Made by a program: the position numbers and the translations under genes. From the NCBI GenBank assembly GCA_951406725.2, contig OX597823.1:102114001-102178000 (forward strand): a stretch of DNA of 64,000 nt, read 5' to 3'. Source of the stretch: Octopus vulgaris (Eukaryota). This document shows, one piece after another, positions 27,881-43,082 of the stretch. Under the pieces are notes generated by a model. It saw nothing but the letters and a program-made list of their open reading frames with translations, did not search any database and was not told the origin of the DNA. Positions within the stretch are counted from its first letter, which is position 1. Each line of letters starts with the position of its first letter.

Positions 27881-30439
27881 TGGATGGATATGTACATACA
27901 TACATCAGTGGCATTGCTTGCATAAATACAAGAGATGCAATGACATGCTTAAGATAGATAAATAGAAAACAAGAAATCCAAGCAGCTGTCAAGAAGGTAC
28001 ATAATGCTATAATTACTCTTGTTCACTTATATAGCTTTGATTTTTAAAATTGCAAACTCTGGTTTAAATGCAAGGAGGCGCCCTTAACATACATGTGGGG
28101 TCGCTGTAAGCATGTATATGTTTGAATATGTATGTGCGTTTTGTAGAGTTTCACATTTGTTGTAATTGGAACTTGAAAAAAAAAAACTTTTATTAAACTG
28201 AGCTTATCCTACGAGTCAGTCCGAACAGACACTAAATTCTTGTAATTATTCTTCTCATATAGATATACATACAAACAAAAATACTCCCCAACGCTACCAA
28301 AAAAAAAAAATCAAAAATCAAAACTTGTTACATATTTATATTCGTCAAAATCCTTCAGTTCCAGCTGGCTTTTCGAATCACGGTCATGTTTCTGTTTGTT
28401 TTAATTTGTTATTTTTTCTGTCTCATAAATGACTAGAAATGGATCATGCTTAGGAGATGGGGCTCTATAGGTGGGGCACCATGATTCATGGTCGATACTG
28501 ATGTCATTTTTTAAACTTTATTTAAAGAACATGTATCTGTTTCGAATTTCTGTTAACTGATCTCGACTGTTTTGACTTTACGTTTCTTTAAAATTGCAAA
28601 CCACACAGGATGTTGTCATCATTCTTATTTCTCTCCCTTTCACTTTTACTCTTCCTCTCTTTCTTTTGTCTCTCGGTCTTTCATATTTATGTGCCTGTAT
28701 AGTAGAATGTGTGTATGTATGTATGTATGTATGTATGTATGTATGTATGTATGTATGTATGTATGTATGTATGTATGTATGTATGTATACACATGCACAC
28801 ACATATATATTTACACATGCATGTAATTCTTTTTTTTCTTTTTTGGAACAGTGAATCTCAAAGCAGACAAAGCTATTGGTGTATAAATACTAGGTTACAA
28901 AACACTTTGGATAAAAAAAGTCGAAAGCTTCCTTCATATACATGCATACATACATACATACACACACACACATACAGACACACACACACATGTACGTATG
29001 TATGCATGTATGTATGTATGTGTGTGTCTATATGTATATGTGTGTGTGTATGGTCGTCTCTGTTCTTCAATCCATTTCATCCTTTCTCTCCATCTCTCCC
29101 CTTCTCTTTTACATTTATTTCTATCCAATCACCCTTATTTTTAACCCATTTCCACATCATTTCATTTCTAATTCTCCTCTAATACTTTTCTCACTCTCCT
29201 CTCACTCCTCCCTTCCTTTCTCCCACCCGCCGTCGCTTTCACCTTCCATATTTATGTCTCCCATCGCAGTAATCTCCAGAAACTCTTACATGTCATAAAC
29301 ATTACGTAAAACCTGTTTAAATGCCCACACTAGGGAGATCTGGTTTTCTGTTCATTTAACAATGATGTTTCTGTTGATACAGCAACTTGGGAGTTTGCGT
29401 TGTACATGCCAACTTGTGTTTTTACTTTCTTTTTTTTTTTTTTTTTGGAGGTTTGGATACATGAGTTGAAGGAGAGTTTCATCGTAAGACAACCTACAAT
29501 TTGAAGAGTTTATCTTTTATTTGTTACTTGTTTTAGCCATTGAACTGCGGCCATGCAGGGGTACCTCAAGGGTTTAATCGAACAAATCGATCCTAGTCTC
29601 TTATATATGTAAAATTCGTTGTCTCTCTCTGTTCCCTATGCATTCTCAAACGGCTCCACCAAATCAAATCAATTTTTACAAGGTAAATAGTATTACACCC
29701 TGCGAGTGTCAACATGTAATTATTTTTCATTTGGATTAAAACAGTATAACATTTTCTCGAAAATAATCTTTCTATAGTCAACAATAGTAAACGACATTTT
29801 ATACCACGACGACAACGACACATTTTGTATACGACTGTGTTTGTCAGTGTGTGTGTTTGAGCGTCTGTTAGGTAGGAGATAGTAAAGGACGTTTTATAGC
29901 ACCACCACCATGACTACACATTTTTTATATGAGCGTATATGTGTCTGTGAGTGTGAGTGTGTGTGTGTTTGCGAGTTTGTTACGTAAATGTATGTCTATG
30001 TGTATCTGTCTTAGTATATGTATGTCAGTGTATGTCAGAGTGTATGTGAGAGTGTATGTGTGTGTGACTGTATGTGTGATTATCAATTACACTGATGTAA
30101 ACTGGCTAAGTGAAAGAGCTATACTAATGAAATGGTTGATTAACTCAATCATGAACTTCAAAAGTTAACAGATACACCAGAAATGACTTTTCCATCAATT
30201 CACACAACAGTCGATCAGAATCAGGCTGTTCAATAAGTAGTGGGGCCGATTCATTCGACTAGTTATCCTTCAAGGCGGTGCCCTAGCATGGCCGCAACCT
30301 GATGGCCTAAATAAGTAAAAGATAAAAGATAAAGATCAAATCTGTCCAAAATTTGTATGTAAAAATATGCTAATATAAGCTAAACTGTATAATGGGCTGG
30401 GTTTAGCATTTAACCAGCCAATAAGATCCTATCAAATGC

Positions 30440-30800
30440 TCAGTTGATCGAATGTCGGCAAATGGTCTGTTGACCAATTTAATTAAATATTCAGTTTATT
30501 GAATTTCATCGAATAATTAGTTAACTGAATTTAATCAGCCAACCTGCCATTTAATCGAATTTTATTACGTAATCAGTTGAACGTGTTTCACCAAATAATC
30601 ATATGATCGAATTTTATCAATGCACAGTTGTTCGAAATATCATCAAATAGTCAGTTAATAGGCTAAAATTCTATAAGCTATACAATGTAGAGGCTAAGTT
30701 AAACAAAACGGCCAACTGATCATATTTCATCATAAAGACAATTAGTCAAATTTCATCAAACGGAAAATTGATCAAATTTCATCCAGCTGTTAATTGGTTA
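30440..30800. repeat. Degenerate ~25-bp minisatellite (consensus approx. cagttgatcgaatttcatcaaatagt)
   Basis: Recurring cagtt..tcgaattt.atcaaa units. Confidence 0.6.
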
Positions 30801-31000
30801 TTTTGGCTGGCATCCTATTCATCCTATCAATGTAATGGGGTCGCCACATTAAAGTTAGCAGGGTAGATAAGGGGTAGGTAGAGGGTGGATACCATGCGCT
30901 GTCGACTTAAAACATATTTTACTGTAAATGATCATAAACCTAAATATGTAACAAACTGAAAAGGTACACAACTGTTTCACTTTTAGCCCTCTCTCCCTCC

Positions 31001-31032
<32 letters not shown>

Positions 31033-32868
31033 CTATGTGCTTGTGTACGAGTGTATGTTTGTTTATACGCGCGCACGTGGGGTGGGGGGGGGGGTAGATG
31101 GGTCTGAAAGAAAGATGGGAAGAGGAAGAAAGTTGAGAAAGTTCGAGGAGTAAAGTAAAGTGAAATTAATTTATAATGTGTGCATGTGAAAGAGAAAGTA
31201 GAAGTTATGGGGGGGGGAGAAAGAGAGAGAGAGAGGGAGGGTGGGAGAGAATATGAGAGTGTGTCTGAATGTACGTAATTGCATACCAGGGATTAATGAT
31301 TGTTGATGTTGTTGTTGCTGCTGCTGCTGCTGCTGCTATCACTACTACTGCTGTTTGTTTTATACCTTGCTAAATTACTAAATTACAAAGTTATATGATA
31401 CTAATCTAAATGCCACATCCACAAATATCAACTACTACTACTACTACTACTACAGCTACAGTTGCTGCTGCTATTGTTGTTGTTGTTAAGCAACAAGACG
31501 GGTAAGGGGGATTAGATGATGATATAGGGCTTAGGGGCAGGAGGTCTCAGACCTTGGAAAAAAAAACGTTGGTCGTCTTGTAGTTGAGGGCTTTTCGTTG
31601 ACGCCCGACACCACTACTACTATTGCTGTTGCTGCCGTGACTGCTACTACTACCACTAAGTGTATTATAATTATTTATTGCACTATTATTGTCAAGTTAG
31701 TGATTTGGCAGAAACGTTAGCGCAGCGAACAAAGTGCTTAGCGATTTTTATTGTTTCTAGTTCTATGCGTTCTGATTTCAAATCCTACTGAAGTCAGATT
31801 TGTCCCTTTCGCTCCTACGAGAAAAAAAAAGAAAGGTTTATCATTGACTTACTCTCTTCAACTGCATCATTTCACGTTATTTTCTTCTTTGTTTTTGTTT
31901 TTTTGTTGTTTTTTTTTTTTTATCAGAATGATCCTGTCAGTGATAGCAGGGAGAAGTATTAGATCACCCCAGTACGCAACAAGTACTTAATTTATCAACC
32001 CCGAAAGGATGAAAGGCAAAGTTGACCTCGGCGGAATTTGAACTCAGAATGTAAAGACGGGCGAAATACGACTAAGCATTTCGCCCGGCGTGCTTACGTT
32101 TCTGCCAGGTACCAGCTATATATTTGGGATGATTTCATGGGATTCCCTAAAAATTGCTTTTGCTCCAAACATAGAAATCATAATCAATTCAATATCCCCA
32201 TTGCTATTGTAGCAGAGGGTGAAGGGAGGGGGGAAGAGGGGAGAAGCGGAAGAAGGGAGGGGAAGAGAGGGAAAGAGGAATGTGGAGGGAGGGGAGAAGA
32301 AGAAGAAGGAGAAGAAGAAGAAGAAGAAGAAGAAGAAGAAGAAGAAAGAAGAAGAAGAAGAAGAAGAAGAAGAAGAAGAAGAAGACGACGACGACGACGA
32401 CGAAGACAGCTTCGGCAATGATAAACACCCGATGAAACACTGTTTAATGTTATGTCGGAAGTAAACAAAGCGACAGACAGAGGAACTGACTTGAAGGTGT
32501 CTTTAATATTTTCTTAGTAAGAATATAGGGTTAGTGAGGTGTGTTTAATAAACATATACATCTGCTTGGTGGTAAACGAAACCTTACTTGTACATCGCCC
32601 ATAGCACCACCATGATCACAACTACCATCCTCGCCATCACCACAGCTCCACTATTACCAAGACCATTATCACCCTCACAACAATATCATCATCATCATCA
32701 CCACTACCACTACTATCATTACTGCTACCATCGCCGCCACCATCGTCTCTACAACTATGACAGCCACCGACAACAACAATGCATTACATACATACATACA
32801 TACACACATACATACATACATACATACATACATACATACATACATACATACATTCATACATTCATTCA

Positions 32869-32899
<31 letters not shown>

Positions 32900-32905
32900 C
32901 ATTCA

Positions 32906-32936
<31 letters not shown>

Positions 32937-32970
32937 CATACATACATACATACATACATACATACATACA

Positions 32971-33004
<34 letters not shown>

Positions 33005-33405
33005 CAGCGCTGGATTAACCATTAAACAAAATAAGCACCACAGAAATGAAAATAGTTTACGGCACGTAAGAAATCACTTTAAACTTGCTAAAATGAGATT
33101 TGTAATGACTTATCTCTAAGTATAGAAGCAGAAGTTTTATGTAAAATTAATTTTAACAATATCATCGAAGACTTTGCAGTTAAAAAAATACGGAGAAAAC
33201 TTCTCAAATATAAAATTAAGTTGAAGTATACAAGAATAAACATTATTTTCCATCTTACTCTAAGTTTTGTTTCATTTTGAAAAATAAAAATGTATTTTAT
33301 GATTTGTTATTGTTCTTGTTAATATTTTAAACAATTTACATATACTTGAGGGCACGGAAACTTTTTAAGTGCTTAGGGCATCTATAGGTCTTAATCCGGC
33401 CCCCG
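33005..33405. mobile_element. hAT-like MITE
   Basis: TIRs cagcgctggattaa / ttaatccggcccccg; subterminal taagcac/gtgctta. Confidence 0.55.
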
Positions 33406-34147
33406 CACATATCTCTTCCGAAATTAAAAAGAAGATACTACTTCGAAACCTCCAGATTATAAATTCACATTTATACCAACAATAACTGGAATCAATCAGT
33501 AACTCGCGCATTACAAATACACTCTGTAAGCGGAACAATAAAAATATGCAAGACTTTCCTCAAGATCAAAATGTGATTTTGTTTTTATCATCTACATTTC
33601 AACGTTGGAACTTTGTATCTTTGTCAGAAACCAGTTCCTTCTTTACAAGAATATTTCAAATACTTAAAAATAGAAGAGAATGCGCGCACATTTATGTATT
33701 AGCTCATCTCTTATTATAAATGTGTATATATGTATGTGTATATCTATGCATACATGTATACATATATGCATATATATATGTGTGTGCGTGTATGTGTTTA
33801 GAAGCTCATTACAATAAGCATACAAACATACACCCACATGTATATGTATGTATATTGTACTAAACTGACTAAGCTAATTGCGTCCCGACTATGAGTTTTC
33901 TGTTAGGATGACAAGAGGGGATAGGTGAGATAATAAATAGGTATAAAGATTGTGGTATGATTGGACATGTACAGACCGGTATTGCAAGGTTTAATTCTTA
34001 CAATGTCAAAATTGTCTTTAAAGTATGTTCACACACGCGCGCGCGCGTCTAGAGACGGAGGCTGTCAGAAAGAGGGGTAGGGTGAAAGTGAAAGAAAGGG
34101 AGAGAAAGAATAAGATAAAAAATAGAGAGGTAATATAAATGTATATA

Positions 34148-34394
34148 CAGTAATCCCTTGCCACATCGCAGTTCACCTATCACGATTCAACTATCGCGGT
34201 TTACCTATCGCGGTTTATTATTTAAGCTAACGTTGATTCCCCCGTAGTGCTGTTTTGCATTCATAATAAAATAAATATATACAAATTATAAGAATAATAA
34301 AAAAAAAATATACAGTACTGTTTCTACTTCGCAGATTTTCATCTATCGCGTGGGATTTTGGAACGTAACAACCGCGATAGTCGTTGGATTATTG
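34148..34394. mobile_element. Tc1/pogo-type MITE
   Basis: TA-flanked cagtaatcc...ggattattg termini; internal ctatcgcg repeats. Confidence 0.65.
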
Positions 34395-34611
34395 TACATA
34401 GAAATCCCTCGTGTAACGGAAATTGTATCATGGAATTATGTAACGTGAAATTAATTCTCACATTGATTTTCATGTTTTAAAGTGATAATGCATTCCGACG
34501 GATATTTTCGAAAAAAAGAGTAGATAAGAAATATGGCAACTTTTATAAACTAATAATAATAAATAACAAATAATAATAAATAACAATAATAATAAATAAC
34601 TAATAATAATA

Positions 34612-34847
34612 AAGCCTAGCCCGGCTCATGGGCCCGGTTTCCCGGTTTCCATGGCGTATGTGTTCCCCAGCTGGACGGGACGTCAGTCCATCACAGCGTT
34701 ACTCATTTTTGCCAGCTGAGTGGACTGGAGCAACGTGAAATGAAGTGTTTTGCTCAAGAACACAACGTGTTGCCTGGTCCAGGAATCGAAACCACAATCT
34801 TACGATCATGGTGCTGACACCCTAACCACTAAGCCACGCGCCTCCAC
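34612..34847 (-). mobile_element. tRNA-derived SINE with V-domain-like centre and (TTA)n tail
   Basis: Head ggaggcgcgtggcttagtggttagggtg...gtttcgattcctgg; centre gatggactgacgtcccgtccag. Confidence 0.75.
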
Positions 34848-34939
34848 ACTTTTATGCAATAGAATAACAAATTCTAAACTTACACAGTGCTATAAGTATA
34901 CATAAAAACATTTGAAGTGAAATACATTAAAGAATAAAT

Positions 34940-35531
34940 AAGCTTCTAGAAAAGTGCAGTTTCATCAATATTGTATACTTGCTCTTGTGCGTAGCTCCCT
35001 CCACCAACCCTTTTTCAGCTGCTCAGGATAATTAGTAACAGCCTTTGTCGTTGTAGCAACATAGACAGATTCACCCGTCAAATTTATGTGGTGCAAATTG
35101 ATGCGTTTCTTAAACCTTTCAAATCAGACTTTGTTTGTTACAAAAGGTTTTTCCTTAAAAGTTTCGCCTTCCATTTTCTGAAAAGCGCCCCACAAACTCT
35201 TGGCTTTTTAAATTATCATTATGCTTACTGGTGCAATGTGACGTGTCTGATCGTTGGTTCACACACCCGAGAGCCGTTCCATTTTGAGCATCACATTAGA
35301 TCAATGAAAAAGTAAGTTTCGGGCAGTTCACGGAGTAACTTCTTGAGAACGTGACTTAATTCTCCTTTTATTGTCATATATTGTTCCCACTGTAGACATT
35401 GCAAGTTTTAATGTTTTGGCAATCTGGTTGTTTGTTCTCCTGCATCAAGCTTCTTTAAAACATCAAGTTTAACATTCAAAGCAATTCTTCAACAGTTCCT
35501 TTTCGTACAACTAGATTCAGTTCCTCTTCAT
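34940..35531 (-). pseudogene. Degenerate Tigger/pogo transposase (CENP-B-like HTH and start of DDE)
   Basis: Manual translation with stops and frameshifts: IALNVKLDVLKKLDAGE..QIAKTLKLAMSTVGTI, MLKMERL, FERFKKRINLHHINLTGES, EQVYNIDETALF. Confidence 0.8.
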
Positions 35532-36226
35532 GGTTTTTTTTCCAAACATCCTGAATTGTCAGAAATCCGACGGCGACGGCGATCAAAAATTATCAACAAC
35601 AAATATGCAGTAGGAAAAATAGCACCAAGAAAGAACGGTTTTGTGAGAGCAAAAATACATATCTTCCTATGGCTGTAAGAGTGGAAAAGAAATGAAAAAA
35701 TGAAGAAATTGGGTGTGAGGAATTACAGCTAGTTGAAGGGTTACCCGGTGTATGAGCATTTCACTTCTTGTACATCTGACTTGAGTCATGTACATATGTA
35801 CAACATATGTAGCTACAGGCATTACTATCATGCCGACATTTCTATTGCTGTTGCCAGTTGATTATTCAAAGTTTCGTGGGCTGGTAATGATAATAGTGTT
35901 AATTGTATTGGTTTTGGCTTTGATAATGATGATGGGAATTCTTAATTGAATTGTGCTGCTGTTTAGTTTCAAATTAATTCACTTTGACCTACGACTGAAC
36001 ATTTAAAAAACACTAGAGAGCCATGTTATCTTATGTGACTGTTTTATATTTAAGCTGGAACTGCTTATCATACTATTGTTACGGTTGTTGATGGTCATTA
36101 AGAAAATGGTGGGTTGGCAATGGCGAAGGTTGCAATGGCTTTGATGTTGAAGTCTATTGTGTTGGTATTGATGATAGACAGATATGTGGTGGTGGAGCGG
36201 GTTGATAGATGGATAGACAGACAGAC

Positions 36227-36277
<51 letters not shown>

Positions 36278-36338
36278 CAGACAGGCAAACAGACAGACAG
36301 ACAGACAGATAGATAGATAGACAGATAGATAGATAGAC

Positions 36339-36414
<76 letters not shown>

Positions 36415-37799
36415 CCAAGAAAATATAGATATACACACAAATACTAACAGTGAAAGATTCCAACTCGCACTCCGAGTTTATGGTAACGCATACACAAACA
36501 CTTGCACACACACACACACACACACTCACACATACGCATGTTATATATAATTACATCTACGTGAGTGTGTGTGTGTGCGTGTGTGTGCGTGTATACTTAT
36601 ACATTCATATAAAAACATAGATAGGTAGGTAGGCAGGCAGATAGCTATCTTGATTATTGCTTTTCAAATTGTTGACCATTTTGATCTCAGCTGCAACGTC
36701 GAGAAGCAACATTTGCGTAGTTTTTAAATTCTTGAAATATTTTCTTGTTTCTATAGGAGTGAAATTACAGAGTGTATCTCGAGATTAATATATATACATG
36801 TATGTATGCATATGTATATGTATATATATATATATATATACATATACATGTATATATATATATACATATAAATGGCGGTGCCCCAGCATGGCCACAGCTC
36901 ATAAGCTGAAACTGGACAAATCAAAAAAAAATCAAAAAAAAATCAAAAAATCATATATACATATGCATACATACGTAATTGTTTTGTCTATATAGTATAC
37001 ACAGTAGCACAGTAGTTCTACTTAGAGGCTCTCAGATATCTGACTCATATATAAGTAAGTTCATATCTAACTGCACGTGCTATTTTTTCTTGATCTTTGG
37101 CCAAGCCACTTAACCGGCGTGATTTGATGCAAAACAAAAAAAAACAACTGCTTTCTATGGTATCATATGTATGATGGTGCATGAACATTTAAGACTCGGA
37201 GTGAATATTCGTTAAAAACATGCATAGGCTCGAGAACAGGGGGGGGTGCAATCGCACCCTCTGAAGTTTTTTTGTGGGAGGAGGCAATGAAAACGCTTTG
37301 AACAAGCGTAGAAACATTTTTGGATTGATTTGAAACATCACTTTTCCATCACTGGATTTATTTAATTTGATTAATATACAAATATAATAATGATTATTAT
37401 TATACCTGTGTTTGTTTTGATATTCTTTTCTTCTCTAGGCACAAGGCCAGAAATTTTTTTGGAGGGGGCCAGTCGATTAGATTGACCCCAGTACGCAACT
37501 GTATGAAAGTATGAAAGGCAAAGTCAACCAAGGCGGAATTTGAACTCATCACGTAAAGACAGACGAAATACCACAAAGCATTTCCCCGGCGTGCTAATGT
37601 TTCTGCCAGTTCGCCGCCTTTGTTTTGATATCAAAATTGAAAAAAATCGATCTTGTTTCTATAAAGTTTGGAGTGGGGTTGGCAACTCCTAAAGAAAAAT
37701 GCTAAGAAACTTGTATGTGTCAACGTACCTCATAGAAATAAAACCTAAATCACTCTGAACTCACAGCTGCCGTCTAAAAGCACGGTATGTCCACGGCTA

Positions 37800-38000
37800 A
37801 GGCGGCGAGCTGGCAGAAACGTTATCACGTCGGGCGAAATGCGTAGCCGTGTTTCGTCTGCCGTTACGTTCTGAGTTCAAATTTCGCCGAGGTCGACTTT
37901 GCCTGTCATCCTTTTGGGGTCGATTAAATAAGTACCAGTTACGCACTGGGGTTAATGTAATCGACTTAATCCGTTTGTCTGTGCTTGTTTGTCCCCTCTG
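37800..38000 (+). mobile_element. SINE copy (family of 15248)
   Basis: ggcggcgagctggcagaaacgtt...ctgagttcaaa...gtaccagttacgcactgggg. Confidence 0.8.
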
Positions 38001-38555
38001 TGTTCAGACCCATGTGGTGGTGGGCGTAGTGAGTAAATAACATTGCAAGATTATGTGGTTGTGTTGATGCCTGAGTACCGGAAGTTAACTCTTGTTAGCA
38101 GTGCAGGGTAAACATTAGCTTGAAGGATACTTCAGTTTCTCATCAAAAATGCTTGTAACTTTGGGTGGGGGTTAGGTGTCCATTGGCGTTGATACATATT
38201 CAAATATGGAGATATACCATGTAGAGTTAGTTTTCATTCCTCATTTTCCTTTCTGATTTATTTGATTTGATCATATTGACTTCATTTAGAACTATTTCGC
38301 GTTGGCCGGAAAACTTGACTAAACTGTAACGTTTTCTTTTTTCTTCTTTTCTTAACAGTTACTGCTTGTTATCATCATTGGACGTTACTAGACATTGTGG
38401 GCATCATTAGAAATTAGTGGACACTTTCCAGTCATTTAACTACTTAATTTTAAAAACTATTTATCTATATTTAATTTTAAAACACCCGATATTTCCATGT
38501 TCTGCGTGTCAGGAAATGTATATTTACATGATTTATGCCCCGTCACAACTTTCTT

Positions 38556-38811
38556 TAATTCATAGCCCCTCACAATCTTGATGTAAGACGCCCGAAAGCT
38601 GGATTTAATCTCTCTCAGAATTTTCAGCGTTTAATGTAGTCTCCTACAGGGAGCTATAGATTTAGCCACCAGGAACGGTCCCAACCCCACGAAAAAAATA
38701 TAACATACTCCATATAGTATTATATATGTATTATATAATGATTTATAATTATCGTATAATACATATATAATGCTTTGTTTTTGGATTTGGTTTGTGAGGG
38801 GCTATGAATTA
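38556..38811. mobile_element. MITE-like element with perfect 20-bp inverted repeats
   Basis: taattcatagcccctcacaa (38556-38575) / ttgtgaggggctatgaatta (38792-38811). Confidence 0.65.
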
Positions 38812-39174
38812 CAGACGCAACGAAAATTTTAGAGGTAAATGAGTGGAAACATAGCCGGTGAGTGTGCTAAATAATAAGACACTAAAAGAGAATGACATAA
38901 CAACATACATAATATTTATAATGATATTATAACAACTATAATAATATAACTAAATAGAGAAAGAGGCAACACACTTGCTCTCCACTTGCTCTCCACTTGC
39001 TCTTGCCTTCCTTTATCTGAGCTAAGGGTGTTAAAAAGATGGGAGACATATTTCCTTCTGGATGTGACCCCTAGTCTCTTGTATATAACTTAAGGCCTAT
39101 TCACATAGCAGCATAAAGTCAAACCGGAGACATTTCAAACAAAGTGTGCAATCCAAATTGAGTGTCGGAAGCGA

Positions 39175-39228
<54 letters not shown>

Positions 39229-39693
39229 CGAGCTTCTGCACAGTTTCTGGCTACCAAATTGTGTCACTCGTATAGTAGAATTGAACCCAAAACCACATCG
39301 TTACAAAGCGAACTTTCTTAACTATCCAGCACACACATTCTCTCTTCATCTGATACATTTAGCTTCTACGCAGAACCCCATCAATCATCTACAAGTAATA
39401 TGAGAAAATAAATAGGATGTCTTAAGTTGGCAACCAGGACATATATAGACGGGGGGAAAGATTACAGTAATATTACGAATTCTGATCGAATTCGAATTCA
39501 GATAGAAACAAATACTATCGGCTTCGATTATATATTGAATCTCTGTGGAGTTAATATGATAAATAAATGTGTGTGTGAAAGAGAAAGGATCTGAGACATA
39601 ACAAACACTGAGACGGGAATGGAGGAGGACTGATAGAGAGGAAGGAAGGGTGAACGGTAGAGAGATAGAAGGAAAGGGAATGAAAGAATAGGG

Positions 39694-39736
<43 letters not shown>

Positions 39737-40124
39737 GAAAGAGAGACTGAGAGAGATAAAAGAGATAGATATAGAAAGAGAGGACTGAGAGAGAGAGGGA
39801 GTGAGGCTAGAGAGAGACTGAAGAAGAGAGAAAAGTTAATACAATATAAGGTATACTTCGACTTACGTCGGGTAATTGGTTCTATGACATGCGACTTAAC
39901 TAAAAATAAAAACGTGAAGTCGAAAAAGACGTGACTCGAAACGACGTAGGTTGAGGTATGCCTGAACGTGATATTTTGGTAAATCTTTGACATCAAAAGA
40001 TAATAGTAAAAGATGGAGAGGAGGTGAAATGGAGAAACTTAGAAAAGAGAACAGAGAAAAAGAAAGAAACGAAGAGAAACGAGAAAGAGAGTCAGTGAGA
40101 CCGAGAGAGTGAGAGATAAGCGAA

Positions 40125-40199
40125 AAAGAAAGAAGGAAAAGAAGAAAGAAAGAAAGAAAGAAAGAAAGAGGGGAAAAAAAGAAAGAAAGAAAGAGGTAA

Positions 40200-40259
<60 letters not shown>

Positions 40260-40308
40260 GGGAAAAGAAAGAAGGAAAGAGGGAAAAGAAAGAAAGAAAG
40301 AAAGAAAA

Positions 40309-40376
<68 letters not shown>

Positions 40377-40400
40377 ATGAGGGAAACGAAAGAAAGAAAA
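40125..40400. repeat. (GAAA)n purine-rich tract
   Basis: Direct inspection. Confidence 0.95.
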
Positions 40401-40550
40401 TGAAATAGCGAATTAAATATGAAAAAGTGAAAGAAGAAAAGACGAAAAGAAAAGAAGAAAGACGAGAAGAAAGAAGGAAATAAAGAGGAAAAGAAAGACA
40501 AAAAGGAAAATAGAAAGAATGGATAAAACACGAAACTAATCGAAACTTAC

Positions 40551-40700
40551 CATTTTGATTTGTTCCCCAAGATACTCTGGTTATATCTACACACAGCTAA
40601 TATTTCCTATAGAAGTCTCCCCGGCAGGTGCTTGCTGGAGGTCTCTCTCTCTCTCTCTTGTAACACTACGAAACACTTTATTTTGACTGGCTTCTCGGTC
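40551..40700 (-). other. Candidate first exon ending in the start codon (caaaATG|gtaagt); 5' boundary uncertain
   Basis: Consensus donor GTAAGT at 40550-40545 immediately after ATG (40553-40551), in unique sequence. Phase 0 splicing to 2390 is in frame (M-TEPGKMSDD). Confidence 0.35.
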
Positions 40701-41001
40701 AGGACAGCAGATAAAACTAACTTATTCTCTCCTCTTTCCTTCACACGCACTTACATATACATGCATTCATATATATATATATAGAAATACATAGGTTCGT
40801 GAAGGCAAATAAACACACATCACAGATTATATTCACAAATAAACAGATACAAGTCAACATATGCGCTTACACATATCGGGAGAAGTTCGTACGCATAGGA
40901 ATACACACACATTCACATATTTACACACATCTACGCATATAGTGTGTGTGTGTGTGTGTGTGTGTGTCCAAAATATATATAGTTATTGCAGCTCCACCCA
41001 A

Positions 41002-41036
<35 letters not shown>

Positions 41037-41530
41037 TCAAGTGAAGTATGTGTGATAAAACCGCATCCTGTTGCGGCAGAAGTGTATGTTATGTCATGAG
41101 AGGGGGGTGCAAGAAGAAAGAAAGAATGAAAGGGAGAGAGATTAAGTGTTTAGAGAGAATGAAAGAGACAGAGAGAGAGAAAAACGAAAAAGGCAGAGAA
41201 TGAGAACTGGACATTAACAAATGAGAGAAAAGTTATAAGAAAGCAAGGGTAAATAGAGAGGGGGGTACAGAGAAAGGGGGAGTGTTTACTTTGAGAGAGA
41301 GGAGAAGATTTAATAACGTGCGTAAGGGATATGTGAGAAAGTGAGGGGGGGGATGAGAGAGTGAGGAGAAAGAAGAAAAGGGATACATGAAAGCAACCAG
41401 TCAAACAAAACAAAAACTGCGTGAGGGTGGGAGGATGCACTATACAGAGAGATGGAGGAAAATGAGAGGAGTGGAAGGCAGAGGAAACAAGATAAAGTTT
41501 CAAATAGAAAAGTAAGAGAGAGATTGGGAG

Positions 41531-41607
<77 letters not shown>

Positions 41608-41785
41608 TGTGTGGGTGGCGAGTGTTCATAAGATAAAGAATGACAGGCTTGTCGAAATATGGTAGGTTTTAGTGTAAATAAAACTAACCAGCCAAACTTT
41701 TTACTGCTTCCTTTTAACCGGTGGCTTGTTTACAAATAGCCACACACACACACTAAAAGGGAAAGAGACTGGCAAATACACATGC

Positions 41786-41864
<79 letters not shown>

Positions 41865-42522
41865 TACATGCATAAATACATATTTAGGCACCCATAGAGA
41901 CACGCGCACGTTTATTTTGTGAAGGCAACATATAAATCCCGAAGAATGTTATGAAACTATCAAACGTTTATTGTTTCAAAATGGGTGGGTCCGAAACGTT
42001 CTCAGAGTATTGTTATATATATTTTCCAAACATGAATCAGCCGGTTATAGTTATCTAAAGGACTCCATTTCAAGCAGCTCCTAGAACGGCCGCAGGCGCG
42101 CGCACACGTGTGTGCGTGTGTGTGCGCGCGAGTCTGTGTGTGCATGTGTGAATATATATAAGTGCGTCTACGTTTAGAAAATATATACGCTGGATACAAA
42201 AGTAGTGTTTATTGTTGGGCTAAAATCAATTTCACACTGTCTCTTCTCTCTCTCTCTCGCCTTCCCTCAGGCTTACATAGACACACACTCCCAACTAAGA
42301 GCTTCACGCATGTCTCCCGTCAGCGCAACTACTTTCTGATATAAGAGATATGACATAGCATGAAAAGATCTATAATGATTGGTCATTGGATGGAAAATGT
42401 GTCAACAGAAAACAATATATAGTAACATAAAGATGAATATCTAAAGAGAAGGACACATCTACGTGCGTCTGTGTATACGCACGCGCACATACATACATAT
42501 ATACATATATATACATACATAT

Positions 42523-42591
<69 letters not shown>

Positions 42592-42952
42592 TACAAAGTG
42601 AGATAGGGGTTATGAGTGTAACCCACTATGGGATAGCATTTATCCAATATACTGCCAGTAAAGTACCCAAAAGGCTAATACATAAATGCTTACAATTGCA
42701 ATGCAATTAGCTCATTTATTTTATTAGATGAGCGAAGGTAAAATGTTTTACCTCAAATTCATAATACAAAATAAGAAAATGGAGGAATAGATTCCATTCA
42801 ATCATCAACTTTCAGGTAATACCAATTCATATAATTTATTTACTAATTAATTAAATTAAATAGGAACATCCAAATCCAACAGAATAAGACAGAACAAAAC
42901 AATATACATCAATAAGTAAGATAATACCATAAAAATAATACATATAAAATGG

Positions 42953-43082
42953 ATCTTACAGCTGTTTCAGCCTGTAGATAAGAGTATCTCATTATGCCCA
43001 TATTAGTCAGATGTATTGAGGTAATATGCAGTTAAAAATGAGTTACTTATATATATATATATCTCAAGGCCTCGTCAGAGAT
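42953..43082 (-). ncRNA. Type-I hammerhead ribozyme motif with a 93-nt loop II
   Basis: ATCT-CTGACGA-GGCCT-(93 nt)-AGGCT-GAAA-CAGCTG-TA|AGAT: canonical core, palindromic stem III ACAGCTGT, GUA site. Confidence 0.65.

Noticed and set aside
30440-30800. Regularly spaced repeats superficially like a CRISPR array
   Set aside because: Degenerate tandem units without unique spacers; eukaryotic context; no cas genes.
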